From an uncultured Bacilli bacterium (lineage in GTDB: Bacteria > Bacillota_I > Bacilli_A > RF39 > UBA660): 40,586 bases of DNA. Below are positions 27,425 through 35,329 of this stretch, in pieces (position 1 is the first letter of the stretch; the number at the start of each line of letters is the position of its first letter). The translations under genes and the position numbers were made by a program. Below the pieces are notes generated by a model that worked only from the letters and a program-made list of their open reading frames with translations, ran no database searches and was not told the DNA's origin. The stretch is taken from assembly GCA_947624845.1 (NCBI GenBank), contig CANQMB010000001.1:1-40586 (forward strand). The letters are read 5' to 3'.

Positions 27425-27456
27425 TATAATGTATAGTAAGAATTAAGAGGTGAACT

Positions 27457-27738
27457 ATGAACGAGAACGAAAAAATCACGATAAAAAAAGAGGGAAAAGA
27501 AGTAGAATGCGAAGTGTTGTTTACATTTGATTGCGAGGCAAATGGAAAATCTTACGTAGGTTATACAGATCATGAAGTAGATTCCAGAAATCGGAAAAAT
27601 ATCTATGTATCTTCTTATGATCCTGTTTTTAGGTTCGATAAGCTAGAAGAAGTGACAACGGAAGAAGAAAAAGAGATGATTGAAGATGTGTTAAATCAAA
27701 TTCGTAAAGATGCTGGAAGAGAGGGAGGTATAGAATGA
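27457..27738 (+). CDS. DUF1292-family small acidic protein
   Basis: ...ITIKKEGKEVECEVLFTFDCEANGKSYVGYTD...VYVSSYDP... plus an acidic tail matches my memory of the DUF1292 (YrzB-like) pattern. SD AGAGGTGA. Confidence 0.6.
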   Translation: MNENEKITIKKEGKEVECEVLFTFDCEANGKSYVGYTDHEVDSRNRKNIYVSSYDPVFRFDKLEEVTTEEEKEMIEDVLNQIRKDAGREGGIE

Positions 27739-30341
27739 CAATAGAAGAAGCGATAAGAATTTTAGGCGTTGATCCCAACAATACGACAAGCGAAGAGCTC
27801 GATGTTATCGTAGAAAATTTACGTCAGCGGTTTGAAGAACGACTACATTTGATGAATCCACAAGCGGTTATGGATCGGGTATATGAAGCAGCCGATGTCG
27901 TTCGACCATTTTTACCAAGCTCGATTCAACGGACAGAAGAACGGACTGAAGAACGTGAAGAGGATAATCCAATAGATGAACAGACTTTATCAATTGAAGA
28001 TCGATTATTAGAACTTCGCAGAAACCTTCTTCATATTTATTCTCAAGAAAGAGAAGAAGCATATCAAAATGGTCCTTTTAATGCAGAAGAGTATGAAAAA
28101 TTTACTGAAAAATATCGCAAATTAAAAGAAGAGGCCAATCAAGAATTAGAACAATTAAATAGACAATATAAAGAAGAAAAGGAAAAAGAAGCGAAGAGAA
28201 TCAAAGAAGTTTTAGCATCAATTGTAGATAAGGATGCGCCAATTCGGGACATAGAAAATAAATTAGCGGAAAGTAAAAAACGCTTTGTTTATATTTTCGC
28301 TCAAGAAAGAGAAGAAGCATATCAAAATGGTCCTTTTACTGCAGAAGAATATGAAAAATTTACTGAAAAGTATCGTAAATTAAAAGAGGAAGCCAACCAA
28401 GAATTAGAACAATTAAATAAACAATATAAAGAAGCAAAAGAAGGAAGACTCGGCCTCCCAGGATCCGTTTCAGGTGAGACGATGGGTCTTCCAGGACCTA
28501 CCATCGGAGAAATACCAGGTCTTCCAGGTCCCGTTTTAAAAGAAGAGGAAGATTCTATAGAAACAGAAAAAGATAAAATTCGAACGCTTCATACGATTCT
28601 TGCAGAAATTGAAGATGGTCTTATGATCGATAAAAAGAAAGATCATAAAGTATTGAGAGCATCGAATATCCAAGTTGCGGATTCTTTTAAAAAAGAGATG
28701 TCTTCAGGAAATTATTTATATAATATCGTTCATTTAGTTCCTACTCTTATTATTAAAGTACCAATTCAATTATTGACCAAATTAAAAAATAAAATTATGA
28801 GTAGTCAAGAGACAAAAGAGAGAATTGCTACTATGAAAGAGCGAATCGAAAATTTAAAAGAAGAAGATCTACAATTGATTTATGATGAATATAGAGCGGA
28901 TGAGACGATTCAAGATGATATACCAGTTGTCGTCAATGATTTATTGAAGTCAAGAATTAGCCGTTGGGTAGGCGAAAAGACTCAAGAATTAAGTGAAATG
29001 ACGGAAAGAATGATGTTGAATGTCATGGGTTCTTATCAAGAAGTTCAAGAAATTGATAAGATGTTAAAAACAGATAATCTAAGTGATGATGTCAAGGAAA
29101 TGTTAGAATATCGTAGACAAGAAATGATTCGTGGTAAAGATGAGATGATTGATACGATTCGACGCAATCAAAAAACGGAAAGACAATGGTATTCTGGAGG
29201 ACTTCATGGCATGGAAGAAGATATGAAGGCTAGAGAAAGTAAGCAATCCAAAGTTGGTTATCGTTTTGCGAAAGAATCTAGAATTCATAATGTAGAGTTA
29301 GATAAAGAAATTGCCCAATGTGAACGGGATGAAAAATATGCAATTCTTCAAGGAGATGCCGAAGGTGCGATGAACGCTTTCATGAATCGAGAAATGCTAT
29401 TGAGCAAGAATACAAAAATTGAGGATAGCGTCTTTGGAAAACGTTCTGTAGGAGATAAGTATTATAGTCCACTTCCTAGTATGCCAAATTATAATAATGA
29501 TCCGTTTGTTAGAGATTTATTTACTTCAATGGCACTCGTTGGTGCAGTCGCAAGTGCTGCCAATGGAATTATTACTCATCAAGTAGAAAGTAAGAAAATT
29601 TTAGAAAATCAAAATGATGATACGATGAAAGAAGTACATCAGTTAGGGAACGAGTTAAAAGGACAGAGTGATACATTTGCAAAAGGAATCAAGCAACAAA
29701 CACAACAGAGTGTTCATGATGCCACTGGCACAATCGAAAGAACGACTTTAGATAAAAATAATTGGAATTTTACAGATCAATATCATGTAGATGACTCTCT
29801 TGGACATCAAGCTTATAATGAGTTGTACCAAAATACAGAGGGTGCCTTTACAAAGATTGCCAGTGATTACACGAGTGGAGCACTAAGTTCTAAGGAAGCC
29901 TTAGATGCAATTAGTGATGTTGCTGCCAACACACAACAACATTTGAATGCTGTTTATGGAGCATGTAGACCAATTATGCAAGAGTATGCCAAAACTCATC
30001 CACAATTCGATTTGGAAGGAGCTCTTTCTTCCATGGATTCTTTAATCCAAAATCCAGAAGCAATCATTAATATGAATGAGGCAATGCAAAGAAGTGTAGA
30101 TATTGGAGAACAAATTGCCAATCTGACTGCCAATCAAGCAGATGTGATTGCTACGCTTCCAAGCGATTTATCGACTACATTAATTGGTTCTTTAACTTCC
30201 GCTGCTTTAGCATCCAATGTAGCAAATTCAATGAATTATTCTAAGAGAAAATCTTCTTATGGAAATTCCGTAACCGACATGGTCGAAGATTTTGTTTCAC
30301 AACAAGCAGAAGAGCAAGTAGAAAAAACAAGTAAAAAATAG
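27735..30341 (+). CDS. Large (868 aa) coiled-coil/repeat protein with a degenerate J-domain-like N-terminus; function unknown
   Basis: The ATGA overlap with DUF1292 and SD GAGGGAGG support the start. The N-terminus EEAIRILGVDPNNTTSEELDVIVENLRQRF resembles J-domain helices I-II but has no HPD. The protein also has an internal 45-aa duplication, three GLPG motifs, and weakly hydrophobic segments such as LFTSMALVGAVASAANGII. Confidence 0.6.
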   Translation: MTIEEAIRILGVDPNNTTSEELDVIVENLRQRFEERLHLMNPQAVMDRVYEAADVVRPFLPSSIQRTEERTEEREEDNPIDEQTLSIEDRLLELRRNLLHIYSQEREEAYQNGPFNAEEYEKFTEKYRKLKEEANQELEQLNRQYKEEKEKEAKRIKEVLASIVDKDAPIRDIENKLAESKKRFVYIFAQEREEAYQNGPFTAEEYEKFTEKYRKLKEEANQELEQLNKQYKEAKEGRLGLPGSVSGETMGLPGPTIGEIPGLPGPVLKEEEDSIETEKDKIRTLHTILAEIEDGLMIDKKKDHKVLRASNIQVADSFKKEMSSGNYLYNIVHLVPTLIIKVPIQLLTKLKNKIMSSQETKERIATMKERIENLKEEDLQLIYDEYRADETIQDDIPVVVNDLLKSRISRWVGEKTQELSEMTERMMLNVMGSYQEVQEIDKMLKTDNLSDDVKEMLEYRRQEMIRGKDEMIDTIRRNQKTERQWYSGGLHGMEEDMKARESKQSKVGYRFAKESRIHNVELDKEIAQCERDEKYAILQGDAEGAMNAFMNREMLLSKNTKIEDSVFGKRSVGDKYYSPLPSMPNYNNDPFVRDLFTSMALVGAVASAANGIITHQVESKKILENQNDDTMKEVHQLGNELKGQSDTFAKGIKQQTQQSVHDATGTIERTTLDKNNWNFTDQYHVDDSLGHQAYNELYQNTEGAFTKIASDYTSGALSSKEALDAISDVAANTQQHLNAVYGACRPIMQEYAKTHPQFDLEGALSSMDSLIQNPEAIINMNEAMQRSVDIGEQIANLTANQADVIATLPSDLSTTLIGSLTSAALASNVANSMNYSKRKSSYGNSVTDMVEDFVSQQAEEQVEKTSKK
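28042..28176 (+). repeat. Direct repeat copy 1 (135 bp, coding)
   Basis: ctcaagaaagagaagaagcatatcaaaatggtcctttta... recurs 258 bp downstream with only scattered substitutions. Confidence 0.85.
28300..28434 (+). repeat. Direct repeat copy 2 (135 bp, coding)
   Basis: Encodes QEREEAYQNGPFTAEEYEKFTEKYRKLKEEANQELEQLNKQYKE, compared with copy 1 QEREEAYQNGPFNAEEYEKFTEKYRKLKEEANQELEQLNRQYKE. Confidence 0.85.
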
Positions 30342-30369
30342 TTGACTTTTTAAAAAAAAGTACATATAA
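30341..30369 (+). promoter_or_regulatory. Consensus sigma-A promoter of the infC-rpmI-rplT operon
   Basis: TTGACT (30341-30346), a 17-bp spacer and TATAAT (30364-30369). Confidence 0.7.
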
Positions 30370-30374
30370 TATTA

Positions 30375-30500
30375 ACAGTCAAGAAAAGGAAAGCGATGAA
30401 ATATCCACCTGATTGCGAAAAGCGATGGGTTCAAAGCCAAAAAAATATAGAGATTGTTCTATTGGTTTTAAAGTGGATATTTACGTATCCACTTTTCTTC
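30375..30500 (+). promoter_or_regulatory. Ribosomal protein L20 leader-type transcription attenuator upstream of infC
   Basis: The terminator hairpin is aagtggata (30471-30479) with tatccactt (30486-30494) plus a T-run, immediately before the infC SD. An upstream copy of atatccac (30400-30407) can pair with gtggatat (30473-30480) instead, giving an alternative structure. Position and logic match the Bacillota L20 leader. Confidence 0.55.
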
Positions 30501-30504
30501 ATTT

Positions 30505-31050
30505 ATGGAGGTGTTAATTATCGCAAGCAATAAAAATAACATGATGATTAACGAACAGATTAAAGAAAAGGAAGTTTTAGTGATTGGTCCCAATGGAGAA
30601 CAAGTAGGAATTAAATCCATTGAGGATGCATTGACACTGGCTAGGTATGCTGCTCTAGATTTAGTGTTGATGAGTCCGAATGCGAATCCACCTGTTTGTA
30701 AAGTAATGGACTATAATAAATATCGCTATGAAAAACAGAAGAAAGAAAAGGAAGCATTAAAAAGACAAAGAGCTAACATGTCTGAATTAAAAGAGTATCG
30801 TCTTTCTCCAACCATTGATGTCGGAGATTTTGAAACGAAACTTCGGAATGCTTTAAAATATTTACAAAAAGGGGATCGGATCAAATTAACTGTTCGTTTT
30901 AAGGGTCGCCAAATGGCTCATACCGATCTTGGTAAAGAGGTCATCATGCGTTTTATTGAAAAAACCCAAGACTATGCGGAAGTAGACCAACAACCAAAAT
31001 TAGATGGAAGAGTCATGTCTTGTATATTAGTGCCTAAAAAAGAAAAATAA
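30505..31050 (+). CDS. infC: Translation initiation factor IF-3 (start codon uncertain; probably non-AUG ATT 30517 or ATC 30520)
   Basis: INEQIKEKEVLVIGPNGEQVGI, LDLVLMSPNANPPVCKVMDYNKYRYE and the C-terminal domain are typical of IF-3. GGAGGTG (30507-30513) lies inside the ATG-initiated ORF, 5-8 nt before the ATT/ATC codons. Confidence 0.9.
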   Translation: MEVLIIASNKNNMMINEQIKEKEVLVIGPNGEQVGIKSIEDALTLARYAALDLVLMSPNANPPVCKVMDYNKYRYEKQKKEKEALKRQRANMSELKEYRLSPTIDVGDFETKLRNALKYLQKGDRIKLTVRFKGRQMAHTDLGKEVIMRFIEKTQDYAEVDQQPKLDGRVMSCILVPKKEK

Positions 31051-31063
31051 TAGGAGGAATTTT

Positions 31064-31255
31064 ATGCCAAAGTTAAAAACACATAAAGGAACAAAAAAAG
31101 TTTTAAAAATAAGAAAAGGTGGGACCATTAGTATTGGAAGACCAGGAAGTCGTCACAATACAGGTAAAAAATCTAGTGCCGTAAATCGTAAAAACAGAAA
31201 AGGATCTACATTAAGTAAGGCAGATCAAACAAGATTTAAGAACATTATTAAATAA
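31064..31255 (+). CDS. rpmI: 50S ribosomal protein L35
   Basis: MPKLKTHKGTKKVLKIRKGG..., a 63-aa basic protein in the canonical position. Confidence 0.9.
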   Translation: MPKLKTHKGTKKVLKIRKGGTISIGRPGSRHNTGKKSSAVNRKNRKGSTLSKADQTRFKNIIK

Positions 31256-31273
31256 GTAAGAGGAGGATAAAAT

Positions 31274-31855
31274 ATGGCAAGAGTAAAAAACGGAGCAGTA
31301 ACAAAAGCTCGTCATAAAAAAGTTTTAAAACAAGCCAAAGGATATTTTGGTAGTAAACATCGTTTGTATAAAACAGCGAAAGAACAATTAATGCATTCTG
31401 GACAATATGCTTTCCGTGATCGCAAACAGAAGAAAAGAGATTTCAGAAAGTTATGGATTACTAGAATCAATGCCGCTTGTCGTGAAAATGGTGTGAGTTA
31501 TTCTAGATTTATTGAAGGATTGACAAAAGCGGGAGTGGAAGTCAATCGTAAAATGTTATCAGAAATTGCGATTCATGACAAAGAAGCTTTCAAAGAACTT
31601 GTAAAAGTTGCTGAAGATGGTAGAAATGGAAAAGTGAAGAAAGCAGAAATCGAGGCAATTCAAGAAGTAACTTTAGCAAAAGAAAGCAAGGAAAAGAAAG
31701 AAGCCCAAGTGGATTCAAAGAAAAAAGAAGAAAAAGCAGCAACGGTAGATTATTCTAAAATGACGGTAGCAGAATTGAAAGAATTAGCAAAAAAACAAGG
31801 AATATCAGGGGTATCTACTATGAAAAAAGCAGATTTAATCGCTGCATTAAAATAA
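31274..31855 (+). CDS. rplT: 50S ribosomal protein L20 with a ~78-aa C-terminal K/E-rich linker plus a Rho_N/SAP-like module
   Basis: Residues 1 to ~115 are canonical L20 ([29 protein letters not shown]...WITRINAA...). The extension ends with [31 protein letters not shown]. Confidence 0.9.
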   Translation: MARVKNGAVTKARHKKVLKQAKGYFGSKHRLYKTAKEQLMHSGQYAFRDRKQKKRDFRKLWITRINAACRENGVSYSRFIEGLTKAGVEVNRKMLSEIAIHDKEAFKELVKVAEDGRNGKVKKAEIEAIQEVTLAKESKEKKEAQVDSKKKEEKAATVDYSKMTVAELKELAKKQGISGVSTMKKADLIAALK

Positions 31856-31942
31856 AACATATTGGTGAATTTATTAGCCGAGTGCCTTCGGGTGGTTAAT
31901 ATTCGAAACTAATAGAAGAAAAAACGAAAAGGAGAAAAATAT

Positions 31943-32938
31943 ATGACGATAGTTTCAATGAATTATTTATTAGAATCCGGTGTTCATTTCGGACATCAAA
32001 AAAGAAGATGGAATCCTAAAATGAAGGAATACATCTATACAACAAGAGATGATATTTATATTATCGATTTAAAAAAGACAGTAGAAAAATTAGAAGAAGC
32101 CTATGAAGCAATGAAAAAAATTGCTGAAGAAGGTGGAAAGTTCTTGTTTGTTGGAACAAAGAAACAAGCGCAAGAGGCTGCAGAAGAGGCTGCTGTTCGT
32201 ACAAATATGTACTTTGTTAACGAAAGATGGTTAGGTGGAACGTTAACAAACTTTAAAACTATTCGTTCTAGAGTTAGAAGAATGGATGAAATTGACAAAA
32301 TGGAAAGTGATGGAACTTTTGATTTATTACCAAAAAAAGAAGTTATTCAAATTAGAAAAGAATATGAAAAATTAAATCGTAATTTACGTGGAATTCGTGA
32401 AATGAAAAAAGTTCCTCAAGCTTTAGTAATTGTCGATCCAAAGAAAGAGGATATTGCAATTAAAGAAGCTCATATTTTAGGGATTCCAGTATTCGGAATT
32501 GTAGATACCAACTGTGATCCAGATGTTGTCGACTATGTGATTCCAGGAAATGATGATGCAGTTCGTGCAGTAAAATTGATGATTGGTGTTCTTGCCAATG
32601 CAATTGCCACTGTCAATGGAAATGAAGTTATCGATTACTTAACTGAGGAAGATAAACAGAAATCTTCAAAGAAAGAAGAAGTAAAAGCAGAAAAAGAAGT
32701 TGCAGTTGAAGAGAAAGCAACAGAAAAGAAAGTAGAAGAGCCAAAAGTTGAAGAACCAAAGGAAAAAGTTCAACCTGCTAAAAAAGAAGTAAAGAAAGAA
32801 ACCAAAAAAGAAGAAAAAAAGGAAGAGGCTAATTTAGAAAAAATGACATTAGCAGATCTTAAGAAAATGGCAAAAGAAAAGAGTATTAAAGGATACTCTA
32901 CTATGAAAAAAGCAGAATTAATTGAAGTTTTAAAATAA
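31943..32938 (+). CDS. rpsB: 30S ribosomal protein S2 with a ~93-aa C-terminal K/E-rich linker plus a Rho_N/SAP-like module
   Basis: The canonical S2 core ([19 protein letters not shown]..., [20 protein letters not shown]) runs to about residue 238. The extension ends with [31 protein letters not shown]. Confidence 0.9.
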   Translation: MTIVSMNYLLESGVHFGHQKRRWNPKMKEYIYTTRDDIYIIDLKKTVEKLEEAYEAMKKIAEEGGKFLFVGTKKQAQEAAEEAAVRTNMYFVNERWLGGTLTNFKTIRSRVRRMDEIDKMESDGTFDLLPKKEVIQIRKEYEKLNRNLRGIREMKKVPQALVIVDPKKEDIAIKEAHILGIPVFGIVDTNCDPDVVDYVIPGNDDAVRAVKLMIGVLANAIATVNGNEVIDYLTEEDKQKSSKKEEVKAEKEVAVEEKATEKKVEEPKVEEPKEKVQPAKKEVKKETKKEEKKEEANLEKMTLADLKKMAKEKSIKGYSTMKKAELIEVLK

Positions 32939-32943
32939 TTTGG

Positions 32944-32971
32944 AGGGTGGCAGGTGATGACACCCTTTTTT
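32944..32971 (+). terminator. Hairpin plus T-run between rpsB and tsf (terminator/attenuator)
   Basis: agggtg (32944-32949) pairs with caccct (32961-32966), followed by TTTTTT. Confidence 0.5.
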
Positions 32972-33001
32972 ATAGGAAATTAAAACAAAAGGAGGATATA
33001 T

Positions 33002-33874
33002 ATGTTTAGTGCAAGTGATGTAAAAGAATTAAGAGAAAAAACGGGAGCGGGAATGCTTGATTGTAAAAAAGCATTAGAGGCTACGGAAGGAAAAATGGAA
33101 CAAGCGATTGATTGGTTGAGAGAAAAAGGAATTTCTAAAGCTGCAAAAAAAGAATCTCGTATTGCAGCGGAAGGACTTTGTGTCATTAAAACAGATAACA
33201 ATCAAGCTGTAATGTTAGAAATCAATTCTGAAACTGACTTTGTTGCCAAAAATGAGGAATTTGTAAATTTTGCAAACAAGTTAGCCGATGTAATTTTAAA
33301 AAATGATGTAAAAGAAGTAGAAGACGTTTTAAAGATTGAAGAAGATGGGGAAAGTATAGAGCAAAAATTAGTCGCTCTTGTTGCCAAAATCGGAGAAAAA
33401 ATTAGTTTTCGTCGTTTTGTAAAAATAGAAAAACAAGATCAAGAACAATTTGGCCCTTATCTACATATGGGTGGAAAAATTGGTGCTCTAGTAGTAACTG
33501 CAAATACAACGGAAGAAGTCGCTAGAGATGTAGCAATGCATGTGGCAGCAATGAATCCCGTTTGTGTAACTCGAAATGAAGTTCCTAAAGATATGTTAGA
33601 AAGAGAAGAAAAAATTGTAAAAGAACAAGTGATGGCCGAAGGAAAACCAGAAGCAATCGCTGAAAAAATGGTCGTTGGAAGAATGAATAAATTCTATAAA
33701 GAATCTTGCTTAGAAGAACAAGAATTTATTAAGGATTCTTCAAAATCTGTAGGAAATTATGTAAAAGAAAATGGGGGAAGTCTTGTTTCTATGGTAAGAT
33801 TTTCTGTTGGAGAAGGAATTGAAAAGAAACAAGAAGATTTTGCAACAGAAGTAATGAATCAAATTCATGGTTAA
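33002..33874 (+). CDS. tsf: Elongation factor Ts
   Basis: The N-terminal UBA-like segment VKELREKTGAGMLDCKKAL, plus SETDFVAKNEEF and HVAAMNP. Confidence 0.95.
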   Translation: MFSASDVKELREKTGAGMLDCKKALEATEGKMEQAIDWLREKGISKAAKKESRIAAEGLCVIKTDNNQAVMLEINSETDFVAKNEEFVNFANKLADVILKNDVKEVEDVLKIEEDGESIEQKLVALVAKIGEKISFRRFVKIEKQDQEQFGPYLHMGGKIGALVVTANTTEEVARDVAMHVAAMNPVCVTRNEVPKDMLEREEKIVKEQVMAEGKPEAIAEKMVVGRMNKFYKESCLEEQEFIKDSSKSVGNYVKENGGSLVSMVRFSVGEGIEKKQEDFATEVMNQIHG

Positions 33875-33888
33875 ATTTTGGAGTAGTT

Positions 33889-34431
33889 ATGAAAAAAGTC
33901 GTTCTTTTTCTCGGAGTCCTTTTATTCGTCTGTGGTTGTTCTGTTCAAAAAGTAGAAGAACAGAAGGACAATGAAAAGTTTTCTATCGAATATAATATTA
34001 GTAAAAATAATCCCTTTATCTATGCAAAAATAGATGAAGTTCTCTTTCTTTTAAAAGAAGAAAATGGGATCTTGTTTTTAGGAGACTCTGATAGTGAATG
34101 GTCTAGAGTTTTTGCCAAAATATTAAATCAAGCGTGTAAAAAAACACAGATTGAAAAAGTATATTATTTCAATTTAAAACAAGCAAAAGAAGAAACTCCT
34201 AAAAGATATCAAAAAATTGTAAAGTCGATTCGTCAAGTACTAAAAAAAGAGGAGAAATTAGAATATCCACTTCTTCTTTTCATCAAAAGTGGTAAAATTA
34301 TCAATTATAGTTTGGGATATGTAGAACTTTCAAAAGATCAGAATGAAGATGGAGTAATAAAAAAAGAACAACAAAAATTAAAGAAAAAATATATTCATTA
34401 TATAGAAGAATTTCAAAAAGATACAAATTAG
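33889..34431 (+). CDS. Lipoprotein with a thioredoxin-like layout but SxxS instead of CxxC; occupies the usual pyrH slot
   Basis: Signal peptide and lipobox (LLFVCGC|S). GILFLGDSDSEWSRVFAKILNQACKK...KVYYFN...YPLLLFIKSGKI parallels the thioredoxin-fold pattern (..TCPYC..F.P.L...vyy.d...vPt.v.f.nGk), with both Cys replaced by Ser. The fold assignment is from memory. Confidence 0.55.
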   Translation: MKKVVLFLGVLLFVCGCSVQKVEEQKDNEKFSIEYNISKNNPFIYAKIDEVLFLLKEENGILFLGDSDSEWSRVFAKILNQACKKTQIEKVYYFNLKQAKEETPKRYQKIVKSIRQVLKKEEKLEYPLLLFIKSGKIINYSLGYVELSKDQNEDGVIKKEQQKLKKKYIHYIEEFQKDTN

Positions 34432-34502
34432 TGTCTTTTTTTTGATTCCTATATTTTTCTTTTCTTTCTGAATAAGTTATATTATAATAATAACAAGGAG
34501 AG

Positions 34503-35057
34503 ATGAAAAATATGGAAAATGATATTATTCCGAAAAGCAAAGAACAATTTGATAAAGCAATTGAAGCATTAGAAAAAAAATTTACGACAGTTCGAGCAGG
34601 AAGAGCAAATCCATCGAGTTTAGATGGGGTGATGGTTTCTTATTATGGGAGCATGACTCCTTTAAAACAATTGACGACGATTTCAGTTCCCGAAGGGAAT
34701 CAGTTATTAATTAAACCTTTTGATAAGAGTTGTCTAGCAGAAATTGAAAAAGCGATATTAGCTGCTAATTTAGGTTATACGCCCAACAACGATGGAGAAA
34801 CGATTCGAATTATCATTCCAGCACTGACAGAAGAAAGAAGAAAAGAGTTAACAAAACAAGTGAAAATGTTGGCAGAAGAAGGGAAAGTCCGCATCCGAAA
34901 CATTCGTCATGAAGCCATGGAAAAAATTGAAAAAGAAAAACTTCCAGAAGATGTAGAAAAAGGATTAGAAAAACAAATTCAAGATTTGGTTAACACATAT
35001 AATAAGAAAGTAGAAGAATTACTTAAAGAAAAAGAACAAGAATTGTTGACGGTTTAA
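34503..35057 (+). CDS. frr: Ribosome recycling factor
   Basis: FTTVRAGRANPSSLDGVMVSYYGSMTPLKQLTTISVPE and IIPALTEERRKEL are RRF hallmarks. The ATG at 34512 is an alternative start. Confidence 0.9.
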   Translation: MKNMENDIIPKSKEQFDKAIEALEKKFTTVRAGRANPSSLDGVMVSYYGSMTPLKQLTTISVPEGNQLLIKPFDKSCLAEIEKAILAANLGYTPNNDGETIRIIIPALTEERRKELTKQVKMLAEEGKVRIRNIRHEAMEKIEKEKLPEDVEKGLEKQIQDLVNTYNKKVEELLKEKEQELLTV

Positions 35058-35065
35058 AAAATTCA

Positions 35066-35094
35066 TTTACAAAAGAAAACAAATATGTTAAAAT
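35066..35094 (+). promoter_or_regulatory. Sigma-A promoter of the pheST T-box leader
   Basis: TTTACA (35066-35071), a 17-bp spacer and TGtTAAAAT (35086-35094). Confidence 0.6.
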
Positions 35095-35099
35095 TAGTC

Positions 35100-35313
35100 A
35101 TATCGACGAAGAGAAAAGAGTAGTAGTAAACAATTTACTTGTAGAGAGATTATGGTTGGTGAAAATAATCAGTAATAGTTTATGAATTCGCTTTTTTAGT
35201 TCTTATTAATAGTAAGCGTAAATCTTGCGTTAAAAGATTCAAGTGTATAGTGAACAACTATAAATTAAGGTGGTACCGCGAAAGATTCGTCCTTAAATTT
35301 ATAGTTGTTTTTA
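35100..35313 (+). ncRNA. T-box riboswitch leader (Phe specifier UUC) controlling pheS-pheT
   Basis: Stem-I AGAGAG is at 35143-35148. GAAUUCG contains TTC at 35187-35189. The T-box sequence aaattaaggtggtaccgcg is at 35262-35280. The terminator pairs 35253-35270 with 35291-35309 and is followed by a T-run. Confidence 0.85.
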
Positions 35314-35329
35314 TTTAGGAGGAGTTACT

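Noticed and set aside
31874-31899. Small stem-loop with a UUCG tetraloop between rplT and rpsB, as a terminator or S2 leader
   Set aside because: The pairing is ambiguous (two competing short helices) and no U-run follows. I cannot match it to a known leader from memory.
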